From the NCBI RefSeq assembly GCF_003334335.1, contig NZ_QOWQ01000013.1: DNA of 64,000 bases; one strand, written 5' to 3'. The DNA comes from Escherichia coli. GTDB lineage: Bacteria; Pseudomonadota; Gammaproteobacteria; Enterobacterales; Enterobacteriaceae. Positions 60,904 to 64,000 of the stretch are shown here, in pieces (positions within the stretch are counted from its first letter, which is position 1; each line of letters opens with the position of its first letter). The position numbers and the translations under genes were made by a program. The notes under the pieces were generated by a model that searched no databases, was not told the DNA's origin, and was given only the letters and a program-made list of their open reading frames with translations.

Positions 60904-61809
60904 ATGGTACAAAGTATCAATCTTCTTCGAACCAGTGATACTCCTATGGCTTATAGCATCGATATCATCTCCTGCATTACCGAACGGTTTATGGCGTTAA
61001 CAGCCACTGAAAAGCGTATCGCACAATTTATTCTTGATGACGTCTCTGCCGCAGTAGAGTTGCCAATTGCTGAGCTGGCACGGTTAACGCAAACCAGTCA
61101 GGCGTCGGTGACGCGTTTTGCCCGTGCACTGGGGTGCAAAGATGTCCGCGAGTTGAAAGTCAAACTGGCGCAGTCACTGGCTGTCGGGCAGCGGTTTATT
61201 CTCGATGTACCGGATCTTGACGGTGTTCAGGGGATCTACGAAGCGATTATTAGCGTGCTGGAGACGCATCGTCGTTCGCTGGATATGAATGCCATCAGCC
61301 AGGCTGTAAGCTGGTTAAGTCAGGCGCGGCAAATTCTTGCGTTAGGAACTGGCGGCGGTTCCACTATCTGTTCACAGGAGATTCAGTACCGTTTATTCCG
61401 TCTGGGGCTACCGGTGGTCAGTCAGAATGATGCCCTGATGATGAGAATGATGTGCTCGGCAGTCATGCCGCAGGATGTGGTGATTGTGCTTTCGCTGGGC
61501 GGTTATACACCGGAAATCATCGAAAGTGCGGCAATCGCCCGTCAGTATGGCGCGCGTGTTATTGCCATTACGCCAGCACAAACACCGCTGGCGGAACAGG
61601 TGGATCTGGTATTGCCGTTACTGGTTCAGGAAAGTGATTACATCTTTAAGCCCACCCCTTCCCGCTACGCGATGTTAGCCATGGTCGATGTACTGGCAAC
61701 AGAACTGGCAATGGCAAATAAAGCGCAGGCGAAAGATCGCCTGCGGCGGATAAAACTCGTGTTAGACAGCCACCGTGGGGGCGCTAACCGCCAGCCACTT
61801 GGCGATTAG
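60904..61809 (+). CDS. RpiR/MurR-family transcriptional regulator (HTH plus SIS domain)
   Basis: 301-aa ORF with N-terminal HTH (LTATEKRIAQFILDD...IAELARLTQTSQASVTRFARALG) and SIS-like core; true start may be an internal Met. Confidence 0.8.
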   Translation: MVQSINLLRTSDTPMAYSIDIISCITERFMALTATEKRIAQFILDDVSAAVELPIAELARLTQTSQASVTRFARALGCKDVRELKVKLAQSLAVGQRFILDVPDLDGVQGIYEAIISVLETHRRSLDMNAISQAVSWLSQARQILALGTGGGSTICSQEIQYRLFRLGLPVVSQNDALMMRMMCSAVMPQDVVIVLSLGGYTPEIIESAAIARQYGARVIAITPAQTPLAEQVDLVLPLLVQESDYIFKPTPSRYAMLAMVDVLATELAMANKAQAKDRLRRIKLVLDSHRGGANRQPLGD

Positions 61810-61818
61810 CATTGTCGG

Positions 61819-63288
61819 TTATGCTTCTTCAGGTTTGGTGATCACGACACTCTGGTTTTCACGCTCATTGGTGATAATAGCCAAAGCTTCTTCCCGGCTG
61901 ACCTGACTTGCTGGCGTTACCAACGTCACCAGTACGCCAGCGACCAGGCTGCCCAGCACTGACGGAATACACGGGTTACCCCAGTAAGCCAGCCAGTCGG
62001 CATTCATCAGCACCACAATTGACATCACCATACCGCTCACTAACGCCGCCAGCGCGCCCTGCCAGTTAAAGCGTAGCCAGAAGCGACCGAGAATCGAGCA
62101 GATAAACAGCCCGGACATCAGCATCGAAATCATTTTGGTAATGTAGCTGATGATGTCATTAGAGGTCAGAGCAAAGACCAGCGCCAGGCCAATAACAAAG
62201 GTCAACATCCAGCGTGAGTAAGTAATGGCCTTGTCCTCCGGCGGCATTCTGCCGGTAATCATGGTGTAGACGTCGCGCATCATAATCGCCACCGCCGCGA
62301 TGGCATCGGAGCTGGCAGAAGACATGGTGGCTGAAAGCCCGGCAATCAGCACCACCAGCCCAAGAATGGCAGGTAAGAAACTGGTCGCGAACAAGAAGGC
62401 GTAGTTGCTGTTTTCCAGATTTGGGTTCATGGTGAACGCCGCCATGCCGATAATGGCAGGCAAAATCGAGAAGAACAGATATAACACCCCAGTAATAACA
62501 AACGAACGGCGTACAGAGGGAACATCTTTACCCGAGTAAATACGCTGGCGATAAGACGGTGTGGCCAGTACGCCGACACCAATAACCAGCGCCAGCGAAA
62601 GCGCAGGTAGAACGCCCATTTTATCAATCGCAAACAGGCTCATCGCTTTTGGGTCCATCGCCTGTTCAATCGCACTCCAGCCGCCAACGTGAACAACGGC
62701 GAGAATAGCCATCAATATAAAGCCAAAGAACAGAATTAAGGCCTGAATGGTGTCTGTCCACACTACCGCCGAATAACCGCCGATAATAACGTAAATCGCA
62801 AAAGCTAAGGCGATAATTAATTTTGCTACAGTAAGATCAATACCTGTTGCCCAGGCAAGATACATACTGCCACCTAATATATGCGCCCCCAGCCAGCCAA
62901 TAGAGGCAATAAATATCATCAGGCCGACAATATTTTTAATTAAATGACTCCCGCCAGTATAATAAGATATTTCTTCACTCATGGTCATAAAACGTAATTT
63001 ACGTACCGGTGCAAACAGCCACGCCACCAGTAATATACCTACGGCCCCACCGACGCCATAAAGCATTCCGGCCCAGCCATTGCTGTAGCCAAAGCCCACG
63101 GCGCCCATACTGGAACCCGTGCCAACCATCGTGGCAACGGTTGAGCCCAGCGTCAGAAACAGCGGCAACGAACGCCCGCCCAGCAGAAAATCTTCTCCGC
63201 TTTTCTGATTACGAGACACAAACCAACCAAGCCAAATCATGGCGATGGCATAAATAATAAAGCCGACTAAAAAGATATGACTGTTCAT
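61819..63288 (-). CDS. sodium:solute symporter (SSS) family transporter
   Basis: 489-aa polytopic membrane ORF with SSS-like architecture; substrate unknown. Confidence 0.8.
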   Translation of the reverse strand: MNSHIFLVGFIIYAIAMIWLGWFVSRNQKSGEDFLLGGRSLPLFLTLGSTVATMVGTGSSMGAVGFGYSNGWAGMLYGVGGAVGILLVAWLFAPVRKLRFMTMSEEISYYTGGSHLIKNIVGLMIFIASIGWLGAHILGGSMYLAWATGIDLTVAKLIIALAFAIYVIIGGYSAVVWTDTIQALILFFGFILMAILAVVHVGGWSAIEQAMDPKAMSLFAIDKMGVLPALSLALVIGVGVLATPSYRQRIYSGKDVPSVRRSFVITGVLYLFFSILPAIIGMAAFTMNPNLENSNYAFLFATSFLPAILGLVVLIAGLSATMSSASSDAIAAVAIMMRDVYTMITGRMPPEDKAITYSRWMLTFVIGLALVFALTSNDIISYITKMISMLMSGLFICSILGRFWLRFNWQGALAALVSGMVMSIVVLMNADWLAYWGNPCIPSVLGSLVAGVLVTLVTPASQVSREEALAIITNERENQSVVITKPEEA

Positions 63289-63390
63289 AATTCACATCCT
63301 GCCAGTAGAGAGAGAATAAAGTAAGAGTTCCCGGAGTGCTGAATGTATTCAGCACTCAATTGCGGTCTATTTTTTTAATTCTTAAATTTA

Positions 63391-63786
63391 TTAGCGGGTC
63401 GCGTTATAACAGGTCACATCGACTTCAACTTTACAATCGACAACCAGATCAGCTACACAACAAATACGTGCAGGCGGATTCTCGCCAAAAAATTCTCTGA
63501 ATACTTTATTAAATGACTGGAAATAGCGGGCGTCGGTCAGGATCACTTTCACGTGAACCACATCCGCCAGGCTATAACCGGCTTCAGTCATGATGTCGAC
63601 ACAGTTTTGGATCGCCAGTCGTGACTGTTCAACGATACCGCCTTCTACCACTTCACCGTTTTTCATGGGGGTTTGCCCGGAGACGTACAGCCAGCCGCCC
63701 GCCTCAACCGCCCTGGCAAACGGCAAATGCTGCCCGCCAGTGCCTGTTCCACCTTCCGTACCGTAACGTTTAATACTCATATTCAC
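63391..63786 (-). CDS. RidA/YjgF-family reactive-intermediate deaminase
   Basis: 131-aa ORF with typical RidA/L-PSP fold sequence. Confidence 0.85.
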   Translation of the reverse strand: MNMSIKRYGTEGGTGTGGQHLPFARAVEAGGWLYVSGQTPMKNGEVVEGGIVEQSRLAIQNCVDIMTEAGYSLADVVHVKVILTDARYFQSFNKVFREFFGENPPARICCVADLVVDCKVEVDVTCYNATR

Positions 63787-63789
63787 TCC

Positions 63790-64000
63790 TTAATGTGAGG
63801 TCTGGCGGCGCAGGAAGCGTCCCGCACGGCCTGTAATGTGTTTATCGCGACCATAGCTCATAACGCCGTTCACCATCACCGCCTCAATGCCATCTGCCGG
63901 GCGTTTGGGATCAGAAAAGCTGGCAACATCACGAATGGTTTGTGGATCGAACAACACCAGGTCCGCAAAATAGCCGACTTTCACCAGCCCACGCTGAGGC
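63790..64000 (-). CDS. amidohydrolase (D-aminoacylase-like), C-terminal fragment; gene continues beyond window
   Basis: C-terminal 64 aa ...ADLVLFDPQTIRDVASFSDPKRPADGIEAVMVNGVMSYGRDKHITGRAGRFLRR resembles N-acyl-D-amino-acid deacylase C-termini. Confidence 0.6.
   Translation of the reverse strand, partial: PQRGLVKVGYFADLVLFDPQTIRDVASFSDPKRPADGIEAVMVNGVMSYGRDKHITGRAGRFLRRQTSH

Overview
This window is a chromosomal segment from Escherichia coli or a very close relative, and it is almost entirely conserved core genome. It spans the conventional zero point of K-12 numbering (near window position 11900) and runs in reverse-complement orientation relative to that numbering. Gene order, recognised from the translated ORFs, is: yaaI, yaaW, satP, mog, talB, yaaJ, yaaA, yaaX, thrCBA-thrL, yjtD, yjjY, arcA, creDCBA, rob, gpmB, yjjX, trpR, slt, ettA, nadR, radA, serB, ytjB, lplA, deoDBAC, yjjI-yjjW, yjjV-yjjU, ytjA, osmY, prfC, yjjG, rimI, holD, rsmC, tRNA-Leu, yjjZ, fhuF, bglJ-yjjQ, yjjP-yjjB, dnaT-dnaC, yjjA, opgB, lgoD/lgoR/lgoT, tsr, then an RpiR / solute symporter / RidA / amidohydrolase cluster at the 3-prime edge. 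I found no IS element, integrase, prophage, CRISPR array or obvious engineered cassette. All comparisons to K-12 are from memory and were not checked against a database. Three places depart from the K-12 order as I recall it: (1) the lplA-deoD spacer is only 455 bp and carries an 87-aa HTH ORF where K-12 has the hipA-like yjjJ; (2) one tRNA-Leu(CAG) gene where K-12 has three in tandem; (3) the tsr-adjacent cluster where K-12 has yjiY. The best candidates for an uncharacterised system are the glycyl-radical enzyme pair yjjI-yjjW (substrate unknown), the tsr-adjacent catabolic-looking cluster, and the small HTH ORF; none is clearly a new system. Gene starts were trimmed from the ORF track to the K-12-like start where I recognised the N-terminus. 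Motif coordinates were read by eye from the sequence and may be off by 1-2 bp.
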